From Octopus sinensis (Eukaryota): a stretch of 64,000 nucleotides of DNA. The stretch spans positions 35,526,001 through 35,590,000 of the forward strand of contig NC_043009.1 in assembly GCF_006345805.1 (NCBI RefSeq). Reading direction: 5' to 3'. This document shows, piece after piece, positions 12,936 to 26,617 of the stretch (position 1 is its first letter; every line of letters starts with the position of its first letter). The translations under genes were made by a program, and so were the position numbers. The notes beneath the pieces are model-generated. The model saw nothing but the letters and a program-made list of their open reading frames with translations, had not been told where the DNA came from and ran no database searches.

Positions 12936-13014
12936 TTTTTCCAGTATTTTTTTGTATATTACGCGACGATAAAATTATTCTTTTTTCAATAAGCACGGCG
13001 TGGAAGTATTGTTA

Positions 13015-13250
<236 letters not shown>

Positions 13251-13812
13251 CAGTAGTTTTATTTTTATAGCGTGCTTTCACTTCACTACCGAGCGCAGCT
13301 CTGTGTGCCTTGGGTATGTGCTGTGATTTGTTGTGATGCTCTGATGGTTATTGTATGGAAAGTGTTCTGCGTAGGATGTGTGCAGTGCCTAGTAGTGCAA
13401 TTTCTGTATGTTATATGTGTTTGTAAGTCCTGGTGTTTTTGTTATGTATTTGTCTGAATATTTTTTTATCATGCCTAATGCACCTACTATGATAGGAATT
13501 GTTCTGTTTTCAGATTCCACATTCTAGTTACCTCTATTTCCAGGTCTTTGTATTTTGAGAGTTTCTCCATTTCTTTAGAGTCACGTTGTCATCTGCCGGT
13601 ATTGATACATCAATTAGAAAGCATTTTTTTCTTCATGATCTCTGACAACTATATCTGGTCTGTTGACCTTAATTTCTCTATCTGTGTGTATCGGCATATC
13701 CCAGAGTATGGTTGCTTTCTCGTTTTCTGTGACCTTTTCTGGTGTGTGCCTATACCATCTTTTTTCTGTTGTTATTCCATAATGTTGGCATAGCTTCCAA
13801 TGTATGTAGGTT
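13251..13812 (-). mobile_element. 5'-truncated R4/Dong LINE: RLE endonuclease plus 3'UTR, inside a (TAA)n tract
   Basis: Minus strand reads EKVTENEKATILWDMPIHTDREIKVNRPDIVVR..FLIDVS..KEMEKLSKYKDLEIEVTRMW..IIVGALG..IALLGTAHILRRTL (PD..D..K RLE motif). (TTA)n on both flanks. Confidence 0.9.
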
Positions 13813-13857
13813 CCATTATTATAATTATTATTATTATTATATTATTATTATTATTAT

Positions 13858-13888
<31 letters not shown>

Positions 13889-13891
13889 TTA

Positions 13892-13932
<41 letters not shown>

Positions 13933-13943
13933 TTTTATTATCC

Positions 13944-13996
<53 letters not shown>

Positions 13997-14088
13997 CTAT
14001 CATTATTATTATTATTATTATTATCATTATTATTTATTATTATCATTATTATTGTAATTATTATTATTATTATTATTATTATAATAAC

Positions 14089-14140
<52 letters not shown>

Positions 14141-14205
14141 ACTATTATTATTATTATTATTATTATTATTATCTTCATCATCATCATCATCATCATCACT
14201 ATTAT
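13813..14205. repeat. Long (TTA)n/(TCA)n microsatellite
   Basis: Direct reading. Confidence 0.95.
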
Positions 14206-14330
14206 TGAGTGAGAGAGCAGTGCATGCCATCAAAGTGACGCTGGGGTAAAATATACGAATCCCAGTATGCCCATCATAACTAACTGTCTTTTATACCAAG
14301 ACAAAACAATGTACACTGCCTAGTACTGCA
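14206..14330 (-). mobile_element. 3'-end fragment of a common octopus retroposon
   Basis: gagtgagagagcagtgcatgccatcaaagtgacgctggggtaaaatatacg abuts a trinucleotide tail. Recognised as a recurrent repeat; family not assigned. Confidence 0.4.
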
Positions 14331-14339
14331 TTAGGGTAT

Positions 14340-14712
14340 TTATTACCATCGCCTCAGCGAACGCGGAGGTACTGTTTTCAGTCGTGTGTTATTTGTTTGT
14401 CCGTGAACAAGATATCTCAAGAACTGCTGGATGGATTAGAATGAAACTGTCAGGGATGTTTGGCCTCATAACTAGCACGAACTGATTAGATTTTGGGATC
14501 GATCAAGTACAGGACAAGGGTTCTGGATTATTTTTCCTGCCTTTTTCTTAGTTTTTGAGAGCGTTCGAATTCATTTTTAGCATTCTCGTTTGTGAGAGCA
14601 GTCGATTTTATTTCAGATATTCGTATTTTAAAAATCACCTCTGGCTAATCGTTGAGTAGACGTTGTTGTTACGTTGGCAGAAGTTTGCTCTCTCTGAGTG
14701 CTCTTTTTGTTG
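14340..14712 (+). mobile_element. Helentron-associated non-autonomous element (HINE/DINE-like)
   Basis: Starts ttattaccatcgcc..gcggaggtactgttttcagt, has an internal tttgtttgtcc repeat, and ends ggcagaagtttgctctctctgagtgctct. This is the typical HINE subterminal architecture. Confidence 0.55.
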
Positions 14713-14721
14713 TTGTTGTTG

Positions 14722-14769
<48 letters not shown>

Positions 14770-14789
14770 TATTATTATTATTATTATTA

Positions 14790-17700
14790 CTTTCTTTCAA
14801 TTTTGATTCCATTTCTTCTGTCTTCCTGAGACCTAGGGCAAATAAACTCATTATATACATTGGTAGGCAGTCAAAACAAACTCACCAGATTGTTCGGTTA
14901 CAAAGTCATGTGATAAAAAAAGAAAAGACAAATAAAGAAAAGAAGGGGAAAATGAAAAATAAGAAAATAAAGAATATAAAACGGGAAAAGGAAAGAACAT
15001 TCACTATTATTTTTAATATTATTACTAATATTATTACCAATATTATTACTAATCTTTTATGGTTTTCTTCCATTATAACTTTATTTCAGCTGCCTTAGCA
15101 ATAACTATCCTCCGGACGACAAGAGTAGCAAGGGCACTTCTGTCTTGCTATGCATGCTAAAATTATCACCACATTTATTCCATTTTAGATGGAGAGTGCA
15201 TTCCGTAGTATATGGTCTGTACCTATCAAGGTTTTTTTATATAGTTCAAGGAGATTGGAGTTACCACAGAGTTGGTTAATATACTTCTCAACTCCCTTTC
15301 TCATTCCCAACGCAGCAATTACTACTAATATTACCGTAGAATCAAGCTTCCACATTATTGTGCTTTCAATTTGCAAATCTTTATAGTGAGAAAGTTTTTC
15401 GTATACCTTTCTTGAGACATTTTGATCTTGTGGGACAGATATACCTATAAACAGACAAGTTCCTCTGTTGAGTCCTTGATCCTAATGTCAGGGCGACTGG
15501 AGCAAATTTTTCTGTCTGTTTGTATTGGGAAATTTCAAAGGATGGTATTGCCCTTGACATTTACTGCATCCGCTGGATGGTGCCTGTACTATTTACAAGC
15601 ATTTCAGTGGATGCACTGCCCTAGTCTGTGATGTCTTATGAGGTACTCCTTTCAGCGGAGAGTGGGCAGCCAGAAACAACATGATCAATTGCCTCTATGA
15701 ATTTTCCGCAAATTCTGCATGAGGGTCTTTTAAATTTTTGACTAAGCTTCATGACAGAAGCTTGCTTGGAATCTTCATGTTTCAGTGCAGTTCACAAGCG
15801 CACATCACTTGTTGTATGAAGGCACGTTTCAAGGCTGATTTAAAGAATTTTTCGAACTGTATCAGGCCTCTTCCACCTATTTTTCTTGGGAAATAAATCC
15901 TGTCAATATCTGACTGTGGATGGTGTATTCGGTACTTTGTAAAGATTTGACAGATCTTTCCATCCATATTCTGCATGTCAGTGAGATGCGACTTAATGAT
16001 ACCGAAGCTATATATGGTTACTGGTATTGCCAAAGAATTGGTCGCATCAATTCTGTTGGCAGCATTTAATTCTGAGTTTAGGACAATTCTTACCCTTCGA
16101 TAGCATTCCTTGCAGATTTTCTTTTTCATTCTAGAGTGCTGGATACCATCAGCTTCATTGGTTCCCAGATATTTGTATACTTCAGAATCGTCTAGGTTTC
16201 GCATAGCTGCGGTAATATCAAAATCTATGTTTTCTGCATTTATGAACTTCCCTGCTTTGAAAGTAGCCATTGCACATTTATCAAGTCTGAAATCCATACC
16301 TATATCAGAGCTGATATCTTTGACAATATTCAGGAGCTTTTTTAATTCTTTGTCGTTTTCGGCAAACAGTTTTACATCATCCATATGAAATATACTGCAG
16401 GCGATATTGATGTCTGGTGAGGTGGTATATCCTTGTGTATGGTTTACAATTAGGGTAGTTCTCCATGAATTCATAATTTCTTTTAAAAAGTCCACAATTG
16501 TTGGAGCTATCTTGTAAATTTTTTATAATCTATCCAAGCGGTGTGACAGTTTATGAGTTTGGATTTGCAATTTTCAATAACCATTTTATCAATCAGTAAT
16601 TGGTCCTTACATCCATATGAACTTCTTTTACATCCCTTTTGTTCCACTGGGAATAACTTGTCCAAGAATTCATATGCTCTATTCATTATTATAGATGTTA
16701 ATAATTTATATATGGTGGCAGGGCATGTTATAGGTCGGAATTTTGTGGAGTTAGTATTTTCTTCTGTTTTTAGTAAGTGATATGTATTCCATTCTGTATG
16801 CCACTTTGGAGCTTTCGCAGGGTTGGACATGACTTCATTGAGTGCTACGGGTAAGTTGTGGCGGTTGCTCATGAAAGAGTTTAGCCAAAAATTTGGAACC
16901 TTATCTACACCTGGGGATATCCATTTCTTTGACTTGGCGAGCGCCGCTTTTACTTCTTCATTTGCTATATCCTACCATTCTTGATATCTGAGGTGGGCAT
17001 TGGTCTCTTCTATGTCCCTAACTCAATGTGTATTTTAATTAAACTCCTTTGGATTACTCCAAATGTTTTACCAAAATCTTCAGTTTGCTGCTAGGGAGGA
17101 GGTGTTTTTACAATAGTGGTATTTTCCCCCAGTTCCCTGTAGAAATGTTTTTGTGTTCTCCTTGAATAATATATTTTATTTATGGAATACTGAGAGTGTT
17201 TTGTATCTTGCCTGTCGTTTGGTTTTTAATTGTTGTTTTTGTTTGAGGAATTCAATCTGTGTATTCTTTGTTTTCTTGTAAAGGTCACGTTTAGCAATTA
17301 TTCCTATTAATTTTTTAGGTTTATTAGTTTTCCCTTTGCTTGCTTCAAGTAGAAAAGATATATCTGCTCTTGGGATGTTTGCCCGTTTGGTCTTTCCATC
17401 ATGAAGGTTGTTTGTGTATATTGCACTTTTGTTTGTCTATCTCAAATTTTAATACCGCATTTCTGAATTGCAGCATAAGCAGTTGAGTAAATGAATTAAT
17501 CAATCACTCCCAGGGCATTTTCTCTATTCTCAAGGCGTTGTCGTATCAGCTTTCCAAGTGTTTGATCAACTTCATTGATTACTTTTCTGTTCTTATTAGT
17601 ATTAATATTTTGGGAAGTGGGGCTCTTTCGTGGAAAGGTTCATGTAGTTGTATTAGATATTGTTCTAGTATTCCATCTAACACTTCATTGCTGACGTGAT

Positions 17701-18480
17701 AATTTATAGCGTTTTGGTATCAACTGATGGTCCACCTTCATCGGGTTCTGTGTACCCAGTTTGCTGGTTTGAACTTTTTGCTTGTGGGTATAAATGAGTG
17801 TGCGTTATACTAACCTGACTTTTGACTGATCTAACTATTTTGTCAATTTCTCTGTCAGTTAGTCTTTTATTTTTTTAGGATAAACTCTTAGTTTATTGCT
17901 GCCCATGTACAACCTGCTATGCGAATTTTTGCACCACCAGATAGTGTAGGTCTCTTTTTGTTTGGTTGATATTTCTGGGTTTAGTGTTGAATGCATAACT
18001 TCGATACACTGCTCCTTAATCCATTTCTGTCTTGTACATTTATTTCTTTGAGATAGGTTTGGTAGTTAACCCAGAGCGTCAGTTTCGGGAATATCCCTGG
18101 CTTGATTTGCTGTAGGTTCTTGAGGAGGTTGGTCTTGATTTAAATACTTTTCGAGCTCAGTGTCAAAACCTATGGTCACTAATGAACGCGTTCTTCGAAC
18201 GACACGGGTTCTAGGAAGTATTTTCATAGTTGGTATCCAGGGCCGTGCTACAAGCGCACAGGGTTCCTTAGGTAAGGTTCAGAGGTTCCAGGCATCATCA
18301 TTTTCGGAGTAGGGGTTATTTTGAACAGTTTCAAATTAGTTTATATCATGACCTGCCGTCTGGAAGGTGTCAAATGTCAGGCCGATAGAATTCATGTAGC
18401 ATCGTAGAAAGTGACAGATATTGAATTCACAGCCAGAGAGAGACAGAGACAGGGAGACGAAAGACAGAACCATTATGTAG
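14790..18480 (-). mobile_element. Near full-length, decayed R4/Dong-clade RLE non-LTR retrotransposon
   Basis: Colinear minus-strand pieces: 5'UTR, N-terminal block (about 18.0 kb), RT (FRPITC...EQKGCKRSSYGCKDQLLIDKM...AWIDYKK; FHMDDVKLFA; YKYLG; HHPQSDIDRIY), CCHC (CRICGK..IDHVVSGC) and RLE end (LVVIAALG...GTDHILRNAL). The 3' end runs into (TAA)n at 14705-14790. Multiple stops and frameshifts. Confidence 0.9.
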
Positions 18481-19135
18481 TCTTCAACTAGCATTACCTT
18501 CGAACTATTGCCAGTAAGATGGTGATGGCGTTGGCGGCGGCGGTGGTAGAAGAGGAAATAGGTTTATATATGTTATTATTAGTGTTCTTGTTGTTGTTAT
18601 TGTTGTTGTTGTTGCTGTTGTTATTGTTAGGACGAGATATATGTCAAAGATCTTTAAGGCTTTCTCATATCACATATACAAGATTTGTTAATATAAATGG
18701 AAAGTAATATTCAATTATATTGACAAAATCACAGTACAAGAACCAGATTCCCAGTGGATTAAATCTAAATTTACTTCATTTACTCAGGTAATTTACTTGG
18801 AGAATATAACTCATAATCTGTTGCCATTGGTCATATAATGTATTTATGACAATGTAAATGAATTTGTACAATAAACAGAAAATTGCTTCGGTGTCCGTAG
18901 TAAAATATATCTATAAAAGGTTTATGAAGACTAACCATGTAAAGTTCCATCTGAAGTGTTAACCTTTGCATTACCTCATGTCGCATCAATACAAAATTCT
19001 CGTTTATAGTTCTGCATTAACGTACGTGAATAACTACTTTCGCCTACACTATATATCTAGTAATTCTGGTCTTTTCATTATTTGATTAGTTGAAAGTAAA
19101 CAGTTCAACAATTCTTTTATTATGGCCCAGTTATT

Positions 19136-19750
19136 GGGAGCGAGCTGGCAGAATCGTTAGCACGCCGGAAGAAATGCTTAGCGGTATTTCGTCTGCCGCT
19201 ACGTTCTGAGTTCAAATTCCGCCGAGGTCGACTTCGCCTTTCATCCTTTCGGGGTCGATAAATAAAGTACCAGTTACGCACTGGAGTCGATATAGTCGAC
19301 TTGATCCGTTTGTCTGTCCTTGTTTGTTCTCTCTGCGTCTGGGCTCTTTGTGGGTAGTAAAGAAATAGGTATTTCGTCTGCCGCTACGTTCTGAGTTCAA
19401 ATTCCGCCGAGGTCGACTTTGCCCTTCATCCTTTCGGGGTCGGTTAAATAGGTACCAGTTACACACTGGGGTCGATATAATCTACTTAATCCGTTTGTCT
19501 GTCCTTGTTTGTCCTCTCTGTTTTTAGCCCCTTGTGGGTAGTAAAGAAATAGGTATTCCGCCGTCGCGACGTTCTGAGTTGAATTTCCGCAGAGGTCGAC
19601 TTTGCCTTTCATCCTTTCGGGGTCGGTAAAATAAGTACCATTGAAACACTGGGGTCGGTAAAATATATACCAGTGAAATACTGGGGTCGATGTAATCAAC
19701 TATTCCCCTCCTCTGAAATTTCAGACCTTGTATCTATAGTAGAAAGGATT
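19136..19750 (+). mobile_element. Head-to-tail trimer of an octopus tRNA-derived SINE
   Basis: Unit 1 has the head gagctggcagaatcgttagc. Units 2 (about 19368) and 3 (about 19552) restart at ggtatt(t/c)cg. Each carries gttcaaattcc/gttgaatttcc (B-box-like) and gaggtcgactt. Confidence 0.9.
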
Positions 19751-19979
19751 ATGGCTCAGTTTGAGAAGAATGAGTATCACGCTTGAGAGTCGAAGGATAT
19801 GTGAGGAATCGTTATATCAAAATATTAAAAGCAGCATGTCAAGATACTGGTATATTCTATGAAAAGATATCCTGTCAATATATGAACACCGCTAAGAGTT
19901 CCGATCAAACCCAACACGAAGCACGGGTTGTGTTGTAAACTTAGTATCATATATGATAGTGAAGGGAAACAACACTTAT

Positions 19980-20010
<31 letters not shown>

Positions 20011-20080
20011 TAAACACATCATCCAACGAGTTCCTGTTCGTGCCAGGATATTCTCTCTAGATGCTTCTCACTAACGCATA

Positions 20081-20120
<40 letters not shown>

Positions 20121-20736
20121 TGTGTGTGTGATTCTGCATTTGTAGTGGCATAAATTTGAACGAGGTGAGAAAAGAATTGAACTCCTGTTTGGTGGAGTTA
20201 GATAATATTTCAGCGAAGCTTATTTAGGGGAAACGAACCTATTAATTACAGCGTAGCTATTCCCTTACCGATTGACTTATACAAACTTTCTAAGTAAAGG
20301 CAGATCCCATCTAGAACAGTTACAACCCTTGTACTATATCGATTATCTGGCACAATCAGTAAGCTGGCCTGTATCAGATATAATTAGGTATATTAAATGA
20401 GTTTAAATGTTTCTGTTAAAGGCAACTTTGCAGACTTTCAGATTAAAAAATAAAAACAGCGTTGCAGGCGCCAGTGTGAGTGTGTGGCCACAACTCCGTA
20501 CCATTGTGGCAGTTTCCATTCCTTGAGAGTAGTATATCAAAATGAAATATAATAATGTCGATTTATTCAAATTTGTTTTCATTTCAATCATTTGTTAAAG
20601 TATTTCAGGTTGCAACAGTAACAGATTCCTTTCTTGCCTTGGTAAGCATGGCTTTATTTTACATTATTACCACCGAAATTATTTGAATGATGTGTGCAAA
20701 TATGCCGCTAGAATTACCGATATTTATACTGTTACT

Positions 20737-20944
20737 AAGGCTGGCAGAAACGTTAGCACGCCGGGCGAAATGCTTAGAGATATTTCGTCTGTCTTTACGT
20801 TCAAGTCCTGCAAAGTTCGAGTTAGCCTTTCATACTTTTAGGATCGATAAATTAAGTATCAGTTGCATACTGGGATCGATTTAATCGACTAGCCCCAACA
20901 CACACCCATCCAAAACTTTCGGGCCTTGTGCCTAGAGTAGAAAC
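20737..20944 (+). mobile_element. Octopus SINE with 16-bp target-site duplication
   Basis: Same family as 19.1 kb. tatttatactgttact occurs at 20721-20736 and 20945-20960. Confidence 0.85.
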
Positions 20945-21674
20945 TATTTATACTGTTACTTTTCAAAAGCAGTTTCTGCTAGAATATACTTGACGACAAT
21001 TTAAGTTTTCTTCAGTTTGTTTCTTCGATTGTTTTCTTTTGAAATTAGTAATTTCATTCAATGATTAAATCTCTATATTTATTAGTTTCTTTCGTATATT
21101 TTATTTTCCTTTCTTTTTTCTTTAAAATTGTTTTATATATATTAATTCTATTTTAATTCCAAATTCCACACACACACACACACACGCGCGCACGCACACA
21201 CACGCGCACACACACACATACACACACACACACATATATTGTATATAATACGAAATCAATTTTCCTATGATGTGAAATTGTGTCCCTATGGAGTTTTTCG
21301 AAAAAGTGCAGAAGAAAACAAGGAACAAGCAACAAGACTGCCTTAATACAAGAAAATAGCAATTTCTAAATACACACGGTAAAACATAGATACATAAAAA
21401 CAAAAAAAAATCTTTCAAAAGGCGTAAGTTAGGGTATTAAAGAAAATCGTAATAACATAAGAGTACATTTTTAGCACAAAAGATGTTGACTACAATGTGA
21501 GGAGTGGTGGCGATAAAATGAGCGTTACTAGGGGAAAGAAAGTCAATGTTATTGTTATTTCTAATGGTCGATTATTCGATTTGACTATTTACTGTATTGT
21601 AGTTTATAATCACCAGCATTAACTTGGCGTATGAAGAACGTATCCAAAAATGTTTGTGGTTTAAGACGCATCGT

Positions 21675-23190
21675 CTTTATGGCAACTCAGAATAGGAACT
21701 GAGCTCATTGTAAACTCTTCTTTTAATTTTTGTTACATTCATAATAGGGTTTATTTTCAGCCAAAATCTGCGGAGTTTCCTCTCTATAAGGGCCAATCCT
21801 TTTGTAATAATTTTTGTAGTCAGCTTAAGTAATGCAGGCGAAACTTCCTTTGTTTCATCTATATTGTCGGTTTGCTTTTTTTCTGACTGCATCAGCATCT
21901 CATTATACAAACATTCTCTCTGGGACATTAGCAACTCGATCACATTATCCTCTATAAATTCTTCAAATCCTACATCCTTTGCAAGTGTCACAATATTTTT
22001 CCGAATTTGACGTAGACTTTCTGCTTGAGGAAAACCTTTAATATAACAGATAATTTGGCCATATATTTTCTCAAGACCTGTTCAATGTTGTAAGTTTCAC
22101 TTCATCTCATGAATCAGTTATATTATCAACAGCATCCATTATGCTGAATTTCTCCGAGAAATCTCTAACTGTAGGTTTATCCTCCCTTGTCAACTGCTTT
22201 CATAAGTTGTTTGAAAGTTCTCATATATTATACCTTGTACTTAGCTATCATACATTGATCCATTGACTGGAGCAATGAAGTTGTATTCTTGGGGATATTT
22301 TCTGCTCTCGCATTGCCAGAAAGGTTATCTGAGTTCGCTAGGTGGCTTGGTGCATTGTCTACAAGAATCAATACATTGTTGGAAATATTGTTCTCGCACT
22401 GTATCTTTCTATCGCAAGACAAAATGCGTTCGTAAACCTCTCTTTGAAAAGACTCTTAGTCATCCATGCCTTCCTATTTGAACGCCAAATCAGAGGTAGA
22501 TTGAACTTTGTGCAACCCTTGAAAGCTCTCAGATTTTTGGAGTGATGCATGAGTAGGGGCTTTAATTTCAAATTACCAGTAGCATTTCCTCCCTAAAGAC
22601 GTGCCAGACAATGTGTAGAAGCTTTACATTCTGGTGTCGATTTTTCATTTTTCTCCTCGAAAAATAAAAGTTCCTCCAGGTAAGTGCTTCCAGAAACATT
22701 GCATACTTGCTCTGGTTTGTAGCCCCTTTCAACAATTATTTTCTTCAACTGCTTAGGATAATTATTAGCAGCCTCTATATTCATGGATATCTTAAACCTA
22801 TCAATCATGTCTTTACAACCCAAAATGGGTATTCCCTTAGAACCTGCACCCTTCTTTTCTGGAGCTCGTCCTATAAGCTTGCTTTTTTCTGTTATCATTG
22901 TGTTTACCGGCAGATTAAGCCGATAAACACAAGAGACGTTCCATTTTAAGCATTAGATTAGATCTATAGAAACATAAGTTCTGTGCAGTTAACGGAGTAG
23001 CTTCTTAAGCACTTGACATAATTTTCTCACTATTGACACACATTGATATCTCTGTAGGCGTTGCAAGACTTAATGCTTTGACCATAAATTTCTTTCCTGC
23101 ATCAATTATTTTTTTAAAACACGAAGCTTAATCCATTTACGGTTCCTTCTTGCATTAGTACCGTCAGTTCTACTTGATAGCTTCTTTTCT
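21675..23190 (-). mobile_element. pogo/Tigger-family DDE transposase pseudogene
   Basis: Minus frames KLKPLLMHHSKNLRAFKG..LPLIWRSNRKAWMTKSLFKE, VLILVDNAPSH and PKNTTSLLQSMDQCMIAKYK are canonical Tigger DDE_1 motifs. TIRs not resolved. Confidence 0.85.
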
Positions 23191-23904
23191 GACATCTTAA
23201 ATCGACGGTAAACCCAGCAGCAGCGATTAGTTATTCACAATAAATATGTAGAAAACTAAATTGGCCCACAAAAGATGTTTTGGGCGAATAGAAAATTGTA
23301 TTCCTATGAATGTAATAATAAAAATGAAATAAAAAGGTGGACTAAGGATACAAAAATATAAAATTACTATAATTAACTGAGGAGCCACCAGATTTTATAG
23401 GCAATTCGTTCCTTGCATTTCTGACTTAAGGCATAAACACACACACATATACACTCACTTATAAGTAAAAACTCATACACACACGTTCACACACACATTC
23501 ATGCACACACACAAACAGACACACATACAAACGCATGTGTTGCAGTACATGATGATATCTTTTGTAGCTAATTGGAATCAAAAATTGACAGCTTATTAGT
23601 TGTGATGACGATGGGGTTTGCATTGGTTTAGATGTTAGTGATGGTGCTCAAGCATTGTTAATAATGAAGTGGTCATACTGTTGTTACTAATTGTATTGTT
23701 GTAATTGTTTACTTTCGGGACAATCCTCACAGACATAAGATCAAAATGTTCCATTCAACATTTAGAAACACTAGGATACTACAGTATACGTTTCTAGTTG
23801 AAATGGTTTGGCTTATCTTCTTCATACTATATATATATCACTGTTGCTGGTTGTGTTTGTGTTGGTGATAGAAACACTCGCACGCATGGCTGCATGCACA
23901 CATT

Positions 23905-23908
23905 TTTA

Positions 23909-24003
<95 letters not shown>
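23905..24003. repeat. (TATC)n microsatellite
   Basis: Direct reading. Confidence 0.95.
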
Positions 24004-24004
<1 letters not shown>

Positions 24005-24192
24005 AAGGGAAAGTTTACGAAAATAAACAAAAGACAAAGCCAGGTGGAGTACAAACAAACAAATGTATTAGTATAGCGCTCAGGAATAGAAAAAGTATTT
24101 TACGTTTCGAGCCTATGCTCTTCGACAGAAAGATACACAGAAAAAAACAAGGAGAGAAAAAATGCGTGTAGTAGCTAGCGATCTATCACGGC
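24004..24192 (-). mobile_element. Short microsatellite-flanked repeat carrying a variant hammerhead-like motif
   Basis: Bounded by (TATC)n and (ATCC)n. A partial homolog lies at 63015-63130 (gctcgaaac...tcctgagc). Confidence 0.55.
24095..24136 (-). ncRNA. Variant minimal type I hammerhead-like motif (core CUGUCGA)
   Basis: Minus strand: gtatcttt CTGTCGA a gagc-atag-gctc GAAA cg TA aaatac. Stem II is perfect and the GAAACGUA core is present, but conserved A6 reads U. Confidence 0.4.
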
Positions 24193-24240
24193 GTCTATCT
24201 ATCTATTCATCCATCCATCCATCCATCCATCCATCCATCC

Positions 24241-24303
<63 letters not shown>

Positions 24304-24323
24304 GTATGTATGTATGTATTGAA

Positions 24324-24678
24324 GGCGCATGGCTCAGTCGTTAGAACGTCGAGCTTACGATCGTGAGTTTGTGAGTTCCAATCCCGTGTTGCGTGTTGTG
24401 TTCTTGAGCAAGACACTTTGTTTCACGTTAATCCTGTTCACTCAGCTGTAGAAATGTGTTGCGACGTCACTGGTGCCAAACTGTATTGACCTTTGCCCTT
24501 CCCTTGGATAACATCATTGGCGTGGAGAGGGGAGGCTGCTATGCATGGGCGATTGCTGGTCTTCCATAAAAACAACTCCAGGTTGTCCGTTCGCCGGTGA
24601 GGCGACTTTCCGCCCAGACTTGTACTGAGGAGGGGAACGTCTTAGGTGCACCCATGGTCATTCGTGACCGAGGGAGTC
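24324..24678 (+). mobile_element. tRNA-derived SINE
   Basis: Head ggcgcatggctcagtcgttagaacg (A box) and gagttccaatccc (B box), followed by the tgttcttgagcaagacactt core and a 3' body. Confidence 0.85.
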
Positions 24679-24688
24679 GAGTTGAGTC

Positions 24689-24720
<32 letters not shown>

Positions 24721-24757
24721 ACATGATGTACATTATATATACATGTATGTGCGTATG

Positions 24758-24817
<60 letters not shown>

Positions 24818-26586
24818 CTATGTAATAATTTTTCAAATTGTTAGACTTTGATCTTAATGAAAACGCAAGTGGTCATTGAAATAAGATGAAAGTGATTTTA
24901 ATTTAACAATTTAAAACTACGCAATCCGAGTTTCAGTGAAACCGAAATCCCGTGAACTGAGGTAGACATAACGCTGGCGATATAAAAATTTAGATGTCAA
25001 TTTAGTAATTAAGGATAATAATGAGACATTTATAATAAAACGGATGATTTGGGTTTTCAAGTAGCTTCAATGCCAATTTTTAGTTGTAAAATTCCATTAT
25101 TTATAGATTTTTAGAAAGAATAAATAAACTATGATATTTAGTAAAACAAGAGTATAGATATGGTAAATTAATTAAAACGTTTGGTTGCTGTGTAGGTGGG
25201 AGACTAAAAAATTTAAATAAATATGGTGTAACATCTAGCCTTCAGCTTAGTAAATATTTGTAAACGTCTAATGAATAGGATTAAACGTCTAATGATTAGG
25301 ATTAAAGACAATTGAGAAAGTAGTGGACTACGCACTGCGTCATCAATAGCTAGGACAATCTTTTGAGAAAATAGTTGACTGGACCTCGTGCGTCCAGATA
25401 ACATGTAAATGGTAATACTTTATATTTTATATTATCTTTTAAATAGTTATATATTTAGCTTTAATCGTAACAATTATTAATTACAAGTATTCTTTTATTA
25501 GTTCCACATTATAAGGATATGCATAATCTATGAAATTACTGGTATAAATTTAACATGAAGGGATGAAAGGATGACGAACCTTTAATACGTATGGAGTGAT
25601 TTAATTATTAACTTTTGGGTTATGAAATTCACTCATAATTAGTTATATTACTAGTTAAGTTGAATCAAGTTTTTTGTTTTTTGTTTTGGAAAGAATAGAA
25701 TATAAAAGATTTCAATTTTATATTAATAATTACGGAACACTGGTGTGAATATTATCTGCATGGACTTCAAGTGCTAGGTTTCTATTTAGTTAGATAATTT
25801 AGGAGTTAGTTATAAGTTTAGTTATTGAATTTATTTTACCGATACTGTTTTTGTACATAGGGTAAATGTTTGTATGCATATGTGTACCTATATCTAATTA
25901 TCTGTCTGAATAACTTTCATATCTTTCACTTCAATCCTTTTTCATAACTTCTCTCAGATTAAATAGCTTCGTCACTATCTTAGTATGTGTCGCTCAATTG
26001 AATTTGATTAAAGAGTAATATTCTATACGAGTATGTGTGTGTGTATGTATTTATGTATAAAAGAAGAAAAATAAAATGGCGATTGGGAAGTTAATATCTG
26101 TTTATTATTAACAGCACATTGATCATCATCCCTTGTAGCTGTTTCAATAAATATTACGTAAATATTCGGTTTATACGTCCTGAACATAATAATATCTTAA
26201 GTGAGAAAAATATACCCTTATATGTGTTTATGTATTCACTATAGCAGACTTAATGATATGGTTCATGATTTGTATTGTTATATGTTCGGGTGAGGGGTCA
26301 ACAGCTTGATTGGCGATCATTTGTAGTAGGTAAAGAGAATTAGAACAATGAATGAATAAAGTGAATAGAGATGATTCAGGAAATTTAAATATGAGGCAAG
26401 TTTATAGTTTACAAGGTATAAAATTATGAGAATTTGTATATATGCAAGTACACACATGCACATATACACAAATACACATATGTATCCTTAGGGACATATA
26501 CATATATGCATATACACCGAGACACACATATACTCACACATATACATACATCTACACGTACATACGTATCTGCACATATAAATATA

Positions 26587-26616
<30 letters not shown>

Positions 26617-26617
<1 letters not shown>

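Noticed and set aside
13742-14233. Long poly-I/Y/L/N ORFs, and similar YI/HT/CV ORFs throughout the window
   Set aside because: They are translations of (TTA)n, (TA)n and (CA)n microsatellites that lack in-frame stops, so they are not evidence of genes.
24324-24400. tRNA-like heads here and at 56440-56516 and 57870-57942
   Set aside because: A and B boxes are present but they run into SINE bodies without a complete cloverleaf, so they are not tRNA genes.
25261-25306. 21-bp tandem duplication taaacgtctaatga.taggat
   Set aside because: An ordinary slippage duplication with no further structure.
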